Shown one piece after another: positions 20,840 to 31,148 of a DNA stretch of 64,000 bases (the stretch's first letter is position 1; each line of letters begins with the position of its first letter). The notes under the pieces were generated by a model. That model had not been told where the DNA came from. It saw nothing but the letters and a program-made list of their open reading frames with translations, and searched no databases. Source of the stretch: Oligoflexia bacterium. Lineage in GTDB: Bacteria > Bdellovibrionota > UBA1018. The DNA lies in contig CAVWVI010000003.1 of assembly GCA_963758495.1 (NCBI GenBank), forward strand, positions 192,001 through 256,000, given 5' to 3'. Made by a program: the position numbers and the translations under genes.

Positions 20840-22092
20840 TAAATTGAATTTACAGGAATTGAGTCACTCGCCCAATCTTTATGGCGTTCAGATCCTCGGG
20901 CGGTCCCGAAAATACTTCGAAGCTGTCCACACGCTGCTAAGATATCTCGTCCTCGTGAAATTCGGACCGTAGCCGTAATCTTTCGCTCCAAGAGATACCT
21001 TTGAAAAGCATGAACTGTTTCATCGGAAGGACGTTTGAACTCAGAACCGGAATGCTCGTTAAAGGGAATTAAATTAATTTTGCTAGGAATCCCGCGGGTC
21101 AGCGTTACAATCCGTGCGGCATCCTCTAAAGAATCATTCACTCCTTTAAGTAAAACATACTCAAAGGTAATTCGACGATGACTTCCCAGTGGATAATTTC
21201 GGCACGCTTCTAGAAGCTGCGTAATATTCCATTTCTTATTGACTGGCATAATGCTGGAGCGTTGCTCATCAGTCGTTCCATTGAGGGAAATAGCCAAAGA
21301 TACATCCACTCTTTTTCCCAACTCCTGAATTGCGCTCACAAGACCACTCGTACTGATAGTTACTTTACGCTTTGAAAAATTGAGGCCATCTTGATCTAAA
21401 AGAATTTGACAGGCTTTGACCACATTTTCAAAATTATGAAGAGGCTCGCCCATGCCCATAAAAACAATATTCGTAATGGGAGCTAACCTTCGAAGCTCAT
21501 ATACTTGCGTGACAATTTCATGAACCTGCAAATGACGATCTAATCCTTGAATTCCAGTCAGACAAAACTTACAAGCCATAGCACAGCCCACTTGGCTGGA
21601 AATACAAGCAGTCAGTCGTGCCCACCGTGGAGAATCCACGCGATCCTTAACAGGCTTGCCAGAAAAGGTCTTCTGTTCTTCTTCTGCTGCTGCTTCTTCC
21701 TCTTCTAATTTGTCTTCAAATGCATTTTCGTTTTTTTCTTGAAGCGCAGCAGGGATAATCACACTCTCAATAGTCTTATTATCACTAAGACCCCAAAGAA
21801 ATTTATGTGTGCCATCTAGCGCCTGACGACTCTCTCGCGTAGAAAGTCGGTAAATCTCTATATTTTCTTTCAGCCATGCGCGAAGTTCTTTTGAAAGATC
21901 ACTCATTTGATCCCAATCCGTCTGATGACGTTGATAGACCCAATGAAAAAGTTGCTTGGCACGATACCTGGATTGCTTGATCGCTTTAATCTTGCGATCT
22001 TCTTCAGTCATTCCCGTAGAATACTTAACGCGACTGAGTGGCAGTAAAAGCTCGGAGAGCTCTATTTGAGTGATTGATTGAAAATAGATCAT
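20839..22092 (-). CDS. rlmN: 23S rRNA/tRNA m2A methyltransferase RlmN
   Basis: CISSQVGCAMACKFC, VFMGMGEPL, NLIPFN, RGRDILAACGQL. Confidence 0.96.
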   Translation of the reverse strand: MIYFQSITQIELSELLLPLSRVKYSTGMTEEDRKIKAIKQSRYRAKQLFHWVYQRHQTDWDQMSDLSKELRAWLKENIEIYRLSTRESRQALDGTHKFLWGLSDNKTIESVIIPAALQEKNENAFEDKLEEEEAAAEEEQKTFSGKPVKDRVDSPRWARLTACISSQVGCAMACKFCLTGIQGLDRHLQVHEIVTQVYELRRLAPITNIVFMGMGEPLHNFENVVKACQILLDQDGLNFSKRKVTISTSGLVSAIQELGKRVDVSLAISLNGTTDEQRSSIMPVNKKWNITQLLEACRNYPLGSHRRITFEYVLLKGVNDSLEDAARIVTLTRGIPSKINLIPFNEHSGSEFKRPSDETVHAFQRYLLERKITATVRISRGRDILAACGQLRSIFGTARGSERHKDWASDSIPVNSI

Positions 22093-22179
22093 TCTGGTCA
22101 GTCTTTTATCGTTTTATGACCCAAAACTCAAGTTGAAACGGTAGAGAATCAGTCCATCTCATCAAAACCATAAAATATC

Positions 22180-23502
22180 CTAACCTTCTAAGAACTTACT
22201 TTCTTTCGCCTGATTCGCATTGAGTCTATAACGTGGTAACTCAATCATCACAGTTGTCCCTTTTCCGACTTCGCTTTCAAGTCGGACGATGCCATCATTG
22301 GCATCGACAATCCGGCGAACAATATATAAACCAAGGCCCAGTCCCCCAAAGTGTTTGAGCGGCGCGAATCTTTCAAATCGTTGAAATAATTTGGACTGCT
22401 CTTGTTTCGAAATACCGATTCCATGATCACGCACTGTTAATAATACGCTGACTTGATCTGAGGACAGACTGACTTCAATGGGTTTGCCCGCTCCATATTT
22501 AATTGCATTGGTCAAAAGATTTGTCACTAATTGTTTGATACGATATGGGTCCAAAAAACAGCTGACTTGAGTCTCTATCTTCAAAATGAATTCGCAGCCT
22601 GCTTTCTTACAATCTGCTCTGAATCGGTCGATCGTGTCTCGCAGTAATTGAGATAATTCAACTTTCTCTGGATTTAAAGTTAACTGTCCGACCGTAATTC
22701 TCGAGACATCCAAAAGATTTTCGATCAATCTTGAAAGTTGGTCAATTTCTCGATCGGTGTTTTCAACAGCTTTTAAAAGCGCTCCAATCTTTGGAAAAAA
22801 TGAAAGAGGAGCACTTCGCAAGTGCCGTTTAATAAATTGAACCTGCATATGAAGAGGAGTGAGCGGTGTCCGCAATTCATGTGAAGCAATTGCTAGAAAA
22901 TCATCACGCAGCTGGATAGATTTTTCCGCCTCAATACGTGCTTTTTGTTCTTGCATCAGAAACTTATCGCGCTCCTGCTCCACTCGTTTGCGCTCAGTGA
23001 TTTCCAGCTGCAATTTTTTATTAGCCTTTGCAAGCTCTACCGTTCGCTGTTCTACCCGTTTTTCAAGAAACTGGTTCGCATCCTGAAGTTGATGGGCGAG
23101 TTCTCGAAGATGCAGATGCGCCCCAACGCGAGCAAGGACCTCTTCCCTGTGAAAGGGCTTAGTAATATAATCCACAGCTCCCGCCTCAAAACCACTTACT
23201 TTAAATTCTGTTTCTGCTAGCGCCGTCATAAAAATCACTGGAATATCTTTTGTGATTTCTTCTTTCTTTAATCGACGACAGACCTCAAGCCCTCCCATTC
23301 CCGGCATCATCAAATCAAGCAAAATAATATCAGGCCGAACATAAATAGCTCTTTTCAAACCGCTTTCCCCAGTTTCTGCCACAAGAATGATATAATTCCG
23401 GGTCGATAAAAAATCTGCTAATATAGCCAGATTATTGGAGTCATCATCGATAAGCAAAATAGTAGCTTCATTCAAATCAAATCCGCTCACAGTATTGGGC
23501 AA
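22180..23502 (-). CDS. Receiver domain-histidine kinase hybrid
   Basis: N-terminal REC (LLIDDD, LLDLMMP, KP), H-box ASHELRTPL, HATPase (NLLTNAIKY, DHGIGI, GLGLGL). Confidence 0.93.
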   Translation of the reverse strand: MPNTVSGFDLNEATILLIDDDSNNLAILADFLSTRNYIILVAETGESGLKRAIYVRPDIILLDLMMPGMGGLEVCRRLKKEEITKDIPVIFMTALAETEFKVSGFEAGAVDYITKPFHREEVLARVGAHLHLRELAHQLQDANQFLEKRVEQRTVELAKANKKLQLEITERKRVEQERDKFLMQEQKARIEAEKSIQLRDDFLAIASHELRTPLTPLHMQVQFIKRHLRSAPLSFFPKIGALLKAVENTDREIDQLSRLIENLLDVSRITVGQLTLNPEKVELSQLLRDTIDRFRADCKKAGCEFILKIETQVSCFLDPYRIKQLVTNLLTNAIKYGAGKPIEVSLSSDQVSVLLTVRDHGIGISKQEQSKLFQRFERFAPLKHFGGLGLGLYIVRRIVDANDGIVRLESEVGKGTTVMIELPRYRLNANQAKESKFLEG

Positions 23503-23845
23503 CAGTTCTTATTAATAAGTCAATATCCACAGGTTTCTTCATAACACCCTCGGTATTCTTTAGCGGAGCTGTCATTTCTGGAAATGCTGTCACAACAACA
23601 ATGGGGATTTTTGAAAACCGTTTTTCCTTATCGTGAGCTTCAGCGAAAGCCCACCCATCCATGACGGGCATCATCAAATCAAGCAGGATTAAACACGGGG
23701 ACGGCATCTTAGAAAGAACCTCAAGCCCCTCTTTTCCATTGGCAGCGGTAAAAACCGAATATCCTTCGGTTTCAAGAATCAGCTGAAATGTTTCGCGAAT
23801 AGCTTCATCATCATCAATAATTAAAATACTTCCATCCATGAACAA
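23477..23845 (-). CDS. Single-domain response regulator
   Basis: ILIIDDD, LLDLMMPVMDG, VVTA, KKP. Confidence 0.93.
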   Translation of the reverse strand: MFMDGSILIIDDDEAIRETFQLILETEGYSVFTAANGKEGLEVLSKMPSPCLILLDLMMPVMDGWAFAEAHDKEKRFSKIPIVVVTAFPEMTAPLKNTEGVMKKPVDIDLLIRTVAQYCERI

Positions 23846-23941
23846 TAGTTACGCCTTGTGAGTTGCTTCTGGCTAGTTTGTTAGCAAGAAGACGAAGTAA
23901 AAACCATAATTCAGCAAAAATTAGACCGCCAGACCTCTGCA

Positions 23942-26383
23942 TCACCTCCGAGTCTTTTCCTTATATTGCTTGACCAATGCCAAAATGACGTCAGCCTTAA
24001 ACCGCATTGCCAATCCATAAAGTCGATCAGAGAAGCAGCTATACTCTTTATTTTTCTCTTTCTGTTGAATGGCCCATGCCTTGATCCTACGCATATCTCC
24101 CCTCAAAGCAAACTCATATAATTTTTCCATTTCTTCACACGGAGGTATTATGAATGGCTCTGTGATTGGCTTTAGGTGGCCGGATTCTTGATACCCGATC
24201 ATAGGATGCGCTATCGTCCCTCGCTCCACTTTTTTCGTAACAAACTTTTGCTCAAGTACCGCCGGCAAAGGGACCTCAAACCAAAAGAGGCTCCCTTTAC
24301 CTAATTCACTTTCCACTCCCAATTTGCCGTGCATCAATATGACCAACTGCTTTGTAATATTCAGACCTAGACCTGTTCCTTCACGTAGCTGTCCGGTAGA
24401 AAGAAGTTGTACAAAGGGTTCGAAAATTATTTGTAGTTTGTCTCGAGGAATTCCAAGCCCAGTATCTAACACTTCACAGTGAAATAGCTCTGAATCCAAA
24501 AGATAGCGGACTTGCAATATAACTTCTCCATAATTTGTGTATTTAGCTGCGTTATCGAGCAGATTCAAAAGGATCTGCTTAAGCTTACGTTCATCTCCTC
24601 GAACATACTTTGGCAGAGGAGTACACATTTCATAATGAAATTTGACGTTCTTTTCTTCGACCTTTATTTTGATAATATTGTAGGCTTGCCGGAGCAGAGC
24701 AGACAAATCGAAAGTCACCTGTATGAGTTCCATTTTTTTCGCCTCGATCCGACTCACATCGAGGAGGTCGTTGATGAGCATTAACAAATGTTCGCTACTT
24801 TGCTGGATTGTATTCAAGCCATTTTTTTGCTTCTCACTCAAATTCGTTTCTTGATTGAGGATCTGCACATAACCTAGAATAGCATTCAGGGGTGTTCTCA
24901 ATTCATGGCTTATATTAGCGAGAAAGGTGGATTGTGCTTGCCTCGCTGATAAAGCAGCATCACGAGCTGTAGTAAGCTGTTTTTCCACTTCCTTGCGTAA
25001 GGTTGCGTCTCTTATCACCAAAATAACAAGTGGACTCTCCTTTGTAAGCACCCTGCTCATGGATACTTCAATCGGAAAAACTCGATTACTCTGGGTCCGA
25101 GCCAGCGCATCTTGAACTCGAACAGGTGTAGGTAGAGAAGAGATCTTCTCGACTGATAGATCGAATTTCGACATGAACTCACTGATATTCTTCCCAAGCA
25201 TATCACGACTGCTTCGATCAAACAGATGTTCCGCAGCTCGATTCACCTGCCGAATCATGCCGTTTTGTAATACTATAATACTATCTGCAGTATTGTCGAA
25301 AATGGCGGCGAGTCGCCGCTGCTCTTCTTCCAACGAAGTGCGAGTGCGAATAAGCTGACGGCGATCCCCCAAAAATTGTTCCACAGCACGAGCCATGTCA
25401 CCAATCTCGTCTGCACCTTGCACAGGTACAATCGGCCTCGGACCGTCACCTTCTCCTCTTCGTAAATAGAAACTCACTTGTTGCAAACGAGTGAGTACAT
25501 GGCGTCCCAGAAAAACCCTGACCACCAGCCAAGTCAGCAATAAATTACAAGCGAGCAGGCCGATGAGCCAATATTGAATCCGACGGGAAGCTTCAATAAG
25601 CCTCAGAATAGCTTCCTGGTAACTCTCCGTAAAATAAGTAGATAACTGACGTGCAGCCGAAATCATCGCTTCTACCTGGTGCTGAAATCCAACGTGAAAG
25701 CTATCTTCCATTTTTTGAAGATTGAAAAACTTCAGACGCAAAGAGAAAGGAGCAAACGATTCGGATGAACTCGACAATAAATACGGCTCTCTATTCAACT
25801 GCCGAGTAAATTCTGCTCGTAAGCGGTATATTTCATTTTCTCGTGTCGTATTCTGTAAACGATAGAGTAAAATGACCAAAGATAAAGTGCTCCGACTGGG
25901 GGTTGCCTGCAACTGCAAAGTGAGACGTTGTATGCTTTTTATAAAAGTAGCATGAACACGCAACGAATTCTCACGTAATTGCACCATGACATGTGCGATA
26001 TTGCGAAAAAGCTGACTGGACTGAAGCAGATCAAGTACACTATCGCCATTATTAGAAGATGCGAGTCGTGTGGTCAAATAATCCAGGGTTTCCAGTTGGC
26101 TGATGATTTCAACATATGCGAAACGTACTGCATCGGGCGAATCTGTGATCAAAAGTTGATCAGTTGCTTGTTGAATCAGCAAAGTGCACTGAACTAAATC
26201 CTGCGCATCTTGCATGTGTATCAGTTGACTTTCTGATAGCCGTTGGGTCGCAGCGGTTACGGCGCGTAACGAATCAATAGCGAAAATTCCAATAGTCAAC
26301 ATCAGTATCGCCAACATGGATACAGTAAGCGCGAACTGACCCCTCAACGATTTTGGCAAAATGCGATTAGCTAGAGTTCGCAC
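23942..26383 (-). CDS. Membrane sensor histidine kinase (periplasmic domain-HAMP-PAS-HisKA-HATPase)
   Basis: Two TMs, DEIGDMARA (HAMP), PAS, SHELRTPLNAILG, NLLDNAAKY, GTGLGL. Confidence 0.92.
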   Translation of the reverse strand: MRTLANRILPKSLRGQFALTVSMLAILMLTIGIFAIDSLRAVTAATQRLSESQLIHMQDAQDLVQCTLLIQQATDQLLITDSPDAVRFAYVEIISQLETLDYLTTRLASSNNGDSVLDLLQSSQLFRNIAHVMVQLRENSLRVHATFIKSIQRLTLQLQATPSRSTLSLVILLYRLQNTTRENEIYRLRAEFTRQLNREPYLLSSSSESFAPFSLRLKFFNLQKMEDSFHVGFQHQVEAMISAARQLSTYFTESYQEAILRLIEASRRIQYWLIGLLACNLLLTWLVVRVFLGRHVLTRLQQVSFYLRRGEGDGPRPIVPVQGADEIGDMARAVEQFLGDRRQLIRTRTSLEEEQRRLAAIFDNTADSIIVLQNGMIRQVNRAAEHLFDRSSRDMLGKNISEFMSKFDLSVEKISSLPTPVRVQDALARTQSNRVFPIEVSMSRVLTKESPLVILVIRDATLRKEVEKQLTTARDAALSARQAQSTFLANISHELRTPLNAILGYVQILNQETNLSEKQKNGLNTIQQSSEHLLMLINDLLDVSRIEAKKMELIQVTFDLSALLRQAYNIIKIKVEEKNVKFHYEMCTPLPKYVRGDERKLKQILLNLLDNAAKYTNYGEVILQVRYLLDSELFHCEVLDTGLGIPRDKLQIIFEPFVQLLSTGQLREGTGLGLNITKQLVILMHGKLGVESELGKGSLFWFEVPLPAVLEQKFVTKKVERGTIAHPMIGYQESGHLKPITEPFIIPPCEEMEKLYEFALRGDMRRIKAWAIQQKEKNKEYSCFSDRLYGLAMRFKADVILALVKQYKEKTRR

Positions 26384-26415
26384 AAATCACATCCTAATTT
26401 ATTTATATACGGGTC

Positions 26416-27606
26416 CTAACGTTTCCATATGCGCCGGTAGGCGTCCCGATAGCCATTGTCTGGATCGTATAATAAGCGGCCCCCCACATCGATGGCGACA
26501 TTATTGAAGGTAATCAGGTGAACGGGAGCTACAAAATGACTGACTGGTTGATGAGCGAAGAGCCGATTTAATTCATCCAACAATTGCCAGCCTTGCAAGT
26601 TTAAGGGCTCAGCTACTGTGCCGGTTTGAAAAATCTTAGCTTGAATGCGTAGAAAAGCCGATGCACTCCCATCGCCAGCAGACAATAAGCTGAGACTTTC
26701 GTTTGAAATGTCTGCAAGGATCAGCGCAGGGATAGCATAGTCAAAATAAATATCATTAATGGCAAGCGCGTATGTCCACCTCTTCCCATATTGAGTAAGT
26801 AGCTGATGAGTGATAGCAGGCATCTGTTCTGCACTCTCTGAAATAGACACGTCACAGATCTCAAGGACCGAACATCCTAGACAGGCTCGAATGATGTTTG
26901 TCATAACGTTAGCTTTGGCCATGGCAATCCCGAATCTGGAGTCGGTAAAAATCACCACGCTGGCCTGCCCTTTAGACTGAGCTATCGCTGCCATTGCAGT
27001 AACACGCGCCACCTGTAATGGATCAGTCGTAACATTCATAGCAAGAGGAGTATCTGGGATAGGTCCAGGCTTGAATCCGGCATGCCAGCCCACCACGGGA
27101 ATTCCCTGACTCGCAAATGGAGCTAACTCCTGACGCAATTCACCAGCATCAGAACCACACACAATCAGACCATCCGGCTTAAACGCCAAGGCATCTTCTA
27201 ATGCCTTGCGACGACCAGCGAGTGTACCACCAGCATCAAATATTTTAAGAGTCCAACCTAAGACTCGTTTCGCTTCACGCACCCCTTGCGCCACACCCAA
27301 GACCCCACCATTGCGCAAATCTTCCGCCAAAAAGGCAATGACTTTACCCCGCTGCGCCGGAGGACCTGACTGAGGACCTATCCAACGATGAGTATTTTGT
27401 GTCGCTTCTACAACAACCCTCTGCGCGTCAGCCAATGTTACCCTTGGACTTGCCGAAACGCCTGGGGTAGCGGCATCATTGGCCAGAGCACCTTTGATTG
27501 AACGGGGTGCTACTCCATAGCATTCAAAAACCGCAATGAAAAGAATGAAGGCGACCGTCACACAATGATTCATATAAAAACTTACAAGGTGACTTTGATA
27601 TTGCAA
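26416..27606 (-). CDS. Periplasmic sugar-binding-fold (type I) substrate-binding protein
   Basis: WIGPQSGPPAQRGKVIAF, KPDGLIV, GIPVVGWH, TVAEPLNLQGWQLLDELNR. Exact start uncertain. Confidence 0.85.
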   Translation of the reverse strand: MQYQSHLVSFYMNHCVTVAFILFIAVFECYGVAPRSIKGALANDAATPGVSASPRVTLADAQRVVVEATQNTHRWIGPQSGPPAQRGKVIAFLAEDLRNGGVLGVAQGVREAKRVLGWTLKIFDAGGTLAGRRKALEDALAFKPDGLIVCGSDAGELRQELAPFASQGIPVVGWHAGFKPGPIPDTPLAMNVTTDPLQVARVTAMAAIAQSKGQASVVIFTDSRFGIAMAKANVMTNIIRACLGCSVLEICDVSISESAEQMPAITHQLLTQYGKRWTYALAINDIYFDYAIPALILADISNESLSLLSAGDGSASAFLRIQAKIFQTGTVAEPLNLQGWQLLDELNRLFAHQPVSHFVAPVHLITFNNVAIDVGGRLLYDPDNGYRDAYRRIWKR

Positions 27607-27758
27607 TATCCTTTCTCATCTATGAACTTACCGTTTCCTATTTTTGCGGCGCACAATCTAAAAGTTGACTATCGCCCAGAGTCAAACTATTGATGTACCG
27701 CGTCTTTGCGAACCCAGCTTAAACGCGAATAAAATTTTAAACTCTATAGGTATTCCTC

Positions 27759-30326
27759 ATGATTCAGCTTTCGCAGCTTTCGCAGCTTACGCAGCTTACT
27801 AAAAAACGTGTAGCAAGTTTTACTTGGGCGATCATCCTTTTCATCAACATGAGCCCCACCCATGCACAAGCTAATCTTGCATTAAAAGAATGGTCAGAAG
27901 TTTTGAGTACCGATAGACTTCAAGTGATTGATCAGATTGGATCCAAGCTTCCTAACGTCATTTTTGACTGGGTCAGTAATATAGACACAAGACTCTACAG
28001 CTCCACTCACTTTGACTTGAACCTCTCCGTTCATAGAAATGTTTTTAATAACCGCGAAGTCCACGGAACCTGGACAGTGGTCGATAAGGTTGGTGTCAGT
28101 GGGCAAATTCCATTTTTTTCAATTCCATCCATCCCAACGGGTTCACCTGTCCCCTCCTTAGGTCTGTATATTGGTACCCAGCAAGGTGTAGAGTTCATCA
28201 ATATCAGACAAGTTAAACCTAAAAACTATCCGTCACTCCCGTCTCCAGAAGAGAGAAAGCTCCAACTCGAAACCGACATCAACTTTAAGAACTTTACCGA
28301 GAACCGAAAAGAATCCATGAGCGAAAGTTCCGATTCATTGAATGGAAAATGGATTGAATCCATTAATGAAAAGGGTGACAAAATCATGTCTTTCCTCCCT
28401 GCCGATGGGGAGAGCCTTGCCAGGTATTCTCGTTTCTGGAATTTTTCACTCATTCCATTTCGCTTACCTTTGAATTATGAAACTTTTTCAAAAATGGAAG
28501 AGGGAGAAATTTTATCTTATCTAGGTCAAGGTTCAGTTGAGCTCGGTCTCAACGCAGGGTGGGGACTGAGCTTTCAAGGTATTGGGGGAATCGCTGAAGC
28601 AGGGATATCTGCAAGTGCCATTTTGAGAGGACAATATCGAATTTCTATCTTGCGAGAAAGTGACCATATCGCACGAGTGAAAGTAACTCGGAGCAAGGGC
28701 ATTGAAGCATACGAAAGACTTGGAGCAAACTATAAGCCGAGCTTATTCGATAATATTTTTATTATCCGCGACGTCAATAACCTCTTAAAAGTCATCCCGT
28801 TTCAATTATCCTATGAACAAGTCCGAGATTGGGAAGTCGATGTTACCTATCAATATGATCTTTCCATTCCAGCAGCTCGTGCTGCCTATGAGAATTCTGT
28901 TTTGGGTCTTTTTAAGCAATCCGAAGATCTCGCAACAAACGCCGGCAGTGGGTGGCGAACCGATCTCGCAGAAACTGGCGTCATTCGCCTATCCACCCGA
29001 GACTCTTACACCTCTTCAGAAACATTGAACTCAAGACTCCAACTCTCATTTCTGTTTAAGAAAGATTCTAATGGCACCATCACGGATGTAGAATCAAGAT
29101 TTACGATGCCAGATGGAAAACATCATACTTTCTCCTCTTTGGCAGAAAATACGAAGGAATGGAGTTTGATTTGGAGCCGATATGAAAAATCGCAACATAA
29201 TTTTAGTATTCATTTAGATTTAGATACCTATTCCGAGCACTCCAAGAAGAGAAATGCCTTCCCCTTAATTATTGAGGGCCGTATTGATAATTCAAATACG
29301 AGTGCTCGGGATCTCCTGAACTCTATTTTGGAAGTTGAAAATAACATCGGAAAGCCCGATCTATTTCCAAGAACTGTGGAACTGGATCATCTCAAAGGCG
29401 CTTACTATTATCCATTCCACTTTCAAGGTACAAATCATGACCTAGGAAGTTCTCATATTTACTATCAGCTCAAGCTGAATCCTTGGCAAGTTCAAAAGTT
29501 TATTGATTTCCCAAAAAGAAAAATGTGGAAAGCATTGGAGAAAGCATTTCACGTTCCTCGGGGTAGCTGGTCAACGGACTGCCATCGTCTTTTTTGTTGT
29601 CTATTATGCTTACCCGTAACTGCGATGGATGTACCTTTAAATTTATTTCAGATGAATATAGACCCAGGTACAGATTTGATCTATGCGAGGTGGATTAAAA
29701 ACCAGTGGATGAACCTAAAGAAAATTAAAAACACCAAAGATCGTGCAGAAGCTTTAGTTCATATGTTTTCAGACCGACTTTACAGCAAAACTCTCATTTA
29801 TTTAATTCGAACTGTATTAGAAGGCGAAAATATTAGCTATTATGTCAATGCTACCAATGGTGCCATTGGAAAAGTAGTGGCCGAAGGTGGAACTAAGCTC
29901 GTCTACGACGATATTGCAACTCGTGCAAATGAGTCGATTGAGTTCGACCTAGAGGGCTCACGTCTACCGAGACCGGATCCAAATTTAAAAATTGATCATT
30001 TTTCAGCAATCCCAATCGACTCAGATCGAGTTCAGATCAGCTTTAATTTAACAAGTAATCCAAAAAAGCTTTATTTTGACCTCAGCTTAGACAATGGATT
30101 ACTCATGGGCTTTAGGAATCAAGGAATATCCGCACTCATTCTTGAAAATCATGGAGAACTTCATGAGGGAAGAAATACTTTTATTTTAGATCCAAATGAT
30201 TTCGGAAGTCCTCTGATCGATATCAGTAGAACGATGCAGCAGAAAGGCTATTATACGCTTCGCATTTCAGCTTCTACGGATGGAACGACTTGGGGAGAAA
30301 CGGCAGAAACTAAATTTAATCACTAA
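27759..30326 (+). CDS. Large hypothetical secreted protein
   Basis: 855-aa ORF with signal peptide; 9-bp repeat cagctt(t/a)c(g/t) x4 at 27765-27800 encoding QLSQLSQLTQLT. Confidence 0.75.
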   Translation: MIQLSQLSQLTQLTKKRVASFTWAIILFINMSPTHAQANLALKEWSEVLSTDRLQVIDQIGSKLPNVIFDWVSNIDTRLYSSTHFDLNLSVHRNVFNNREVHGTWTVVDKVGVSGQIPFFSIPSIPTGSPVPSLGLYIGTQQGVEFINIRQVKPKNYPSLPSPEERKLQLETDINFKNFTENRKESMSESSDSLNGKWIESINEKGDKIMSFLPADGESLARYSRFWNFSLIPFRLPLNYETFSKMEEGEILSYLGQGSVELGLNAGWGLSFQGIGGIAEAGISASAILRGQYRISILRESDHIARVKVTRSKGIEAYERLGANYKPSLFDNIFIIRDVNNLLKVIPFQLSYEQVRDWEVDVTYQYDLSIPAARAAYENSVLGLFKQSEDLATNAGSGWRTDLAETGVIRLSTRDSYTSSETLNSRLQLSFLFKKDSNGTITDVESRFTMPDGKHHTFSSLAENTKEWSLIWSRYEKSQHNFSIHLDLDTYSEHSKKRNAFPLIIEGRIDNSNTSARDLLNSILEVENNIGKPDLFPRTVELDHLKGAYYYPFHFQGTNHDLGSSHIYYQLKLNPWQVQKFIDFPKRKMWKALEKAFHVPRGSWSTDCHRLFCCLLCLPVTAMDVPLNLFQMNIDPGTDLIYARWIKNQWMNLKKIKNTKDRAEALVHMFSDRLYSKTLIYLIRTVLEGENISYYVNATNGAIGKVVAEGGTKLVYDDIATRANESIEFDLEGSRLPRPDPNLKIDHFSAIPIDSDRVQISFNLTSNPKKLYFDLSLDNGLLMGFRNQGISALILENHGELHEGRNTFILDPNDFGSPLIDISRTMQQKGYYTLRISASTDGTTWGETAETKFNH

Positions 30327-30377
30327 TTATAAGTAGTTTCTTTAGAGCTGTTGAGAGGGATTATGGGCTAACAAGAC

Positions 30378-31148
30378 CTAAATCCCAAACCAAGCTCGCC
30401 CCGCAATCATCGAAAAAAAACTCCACTTAAACGGCGCTAACTTAGTTCGATCTGCCTTCAACGCAGATAAAATTTGAGGCCAAGGATTCGCTGACTGAGA
30501 CCATTCCACCCATTCATTGGAGGAAATAAAAAGCCCTTGTACTGGCATTAAATGCCGCTCGCTCAAATACTTTACTACATCTGCTGGATGTCTTCGACGC
30601 TCGGGTATCATGGAAGATAAATCTGGAATCTGAAAAGAACTCAAGCGACCTCTTTGAATGACCATGAATAATGACTCACCTGATTCACCATTCAAACGAA
30701 TATAAATCGCATAAGTAGAGGGGAACACCTTTTGCCACCAAGACTGAATGGCTTGAAGTAAAAAATGATGATGAATCAGAACTTCATGATTTTTAAATCG
30801 ACTTCGAGTCAAATGTTGTGGCTTAGCTTCTGAATGAAAAAACTGAATCTGATCATAGAAATGACTTAAATTTATTGAACTACTCATCCATTGGTCTACT
30901 TTTTCACGATCGTAAACCATGATCTCTCGATTTGGAAACTCTACAATCACCTCATCTGAGGTAGTGCCCAGCCATTCCGAAAGATCTTCCCCTTCTGAAA
31001 ATGCGGAAATCACTACTTTCTTATCTGTAATTAAATAAATAGGGCCTGGTGTTGAACCTGCTGCTGGACCTAGCGCTGCAGTAGAATTGGAGAGCCTTTT
31101 TAAATAAAATAACGATTGAAACGTTTTCCAATCATAACTCAGTTCCAT
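30378..31148 (-). CDS. Hypothetical protein
   Basis: 256-aa ORF overlapping the end of the upstream gene, operon-like. Confidence 0.7.
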   Translation of the reverse strand: MELSYDWKTFQSLFYLKRLSNSTAALGPAAGSTPGPIYLITDKKVVISAFSEGEDLSEWLGTTSDEVIVEFPNREIMVYDREKVDQWMSSSINLSHFYDQIQFFHSEAKPQHLTRSRFKNHEVLIHHHFLLQAIQSWWQKVFPSTYAIYIRLNGESGESLFMVIQRGRLSSFQIPDLSSMIPERRRHPADVVKYLSERHLMPVQGLFISSNEWVEWSQSANPWPQILSALKADRTKLAPFKWSFFSMIAGRAWFGI

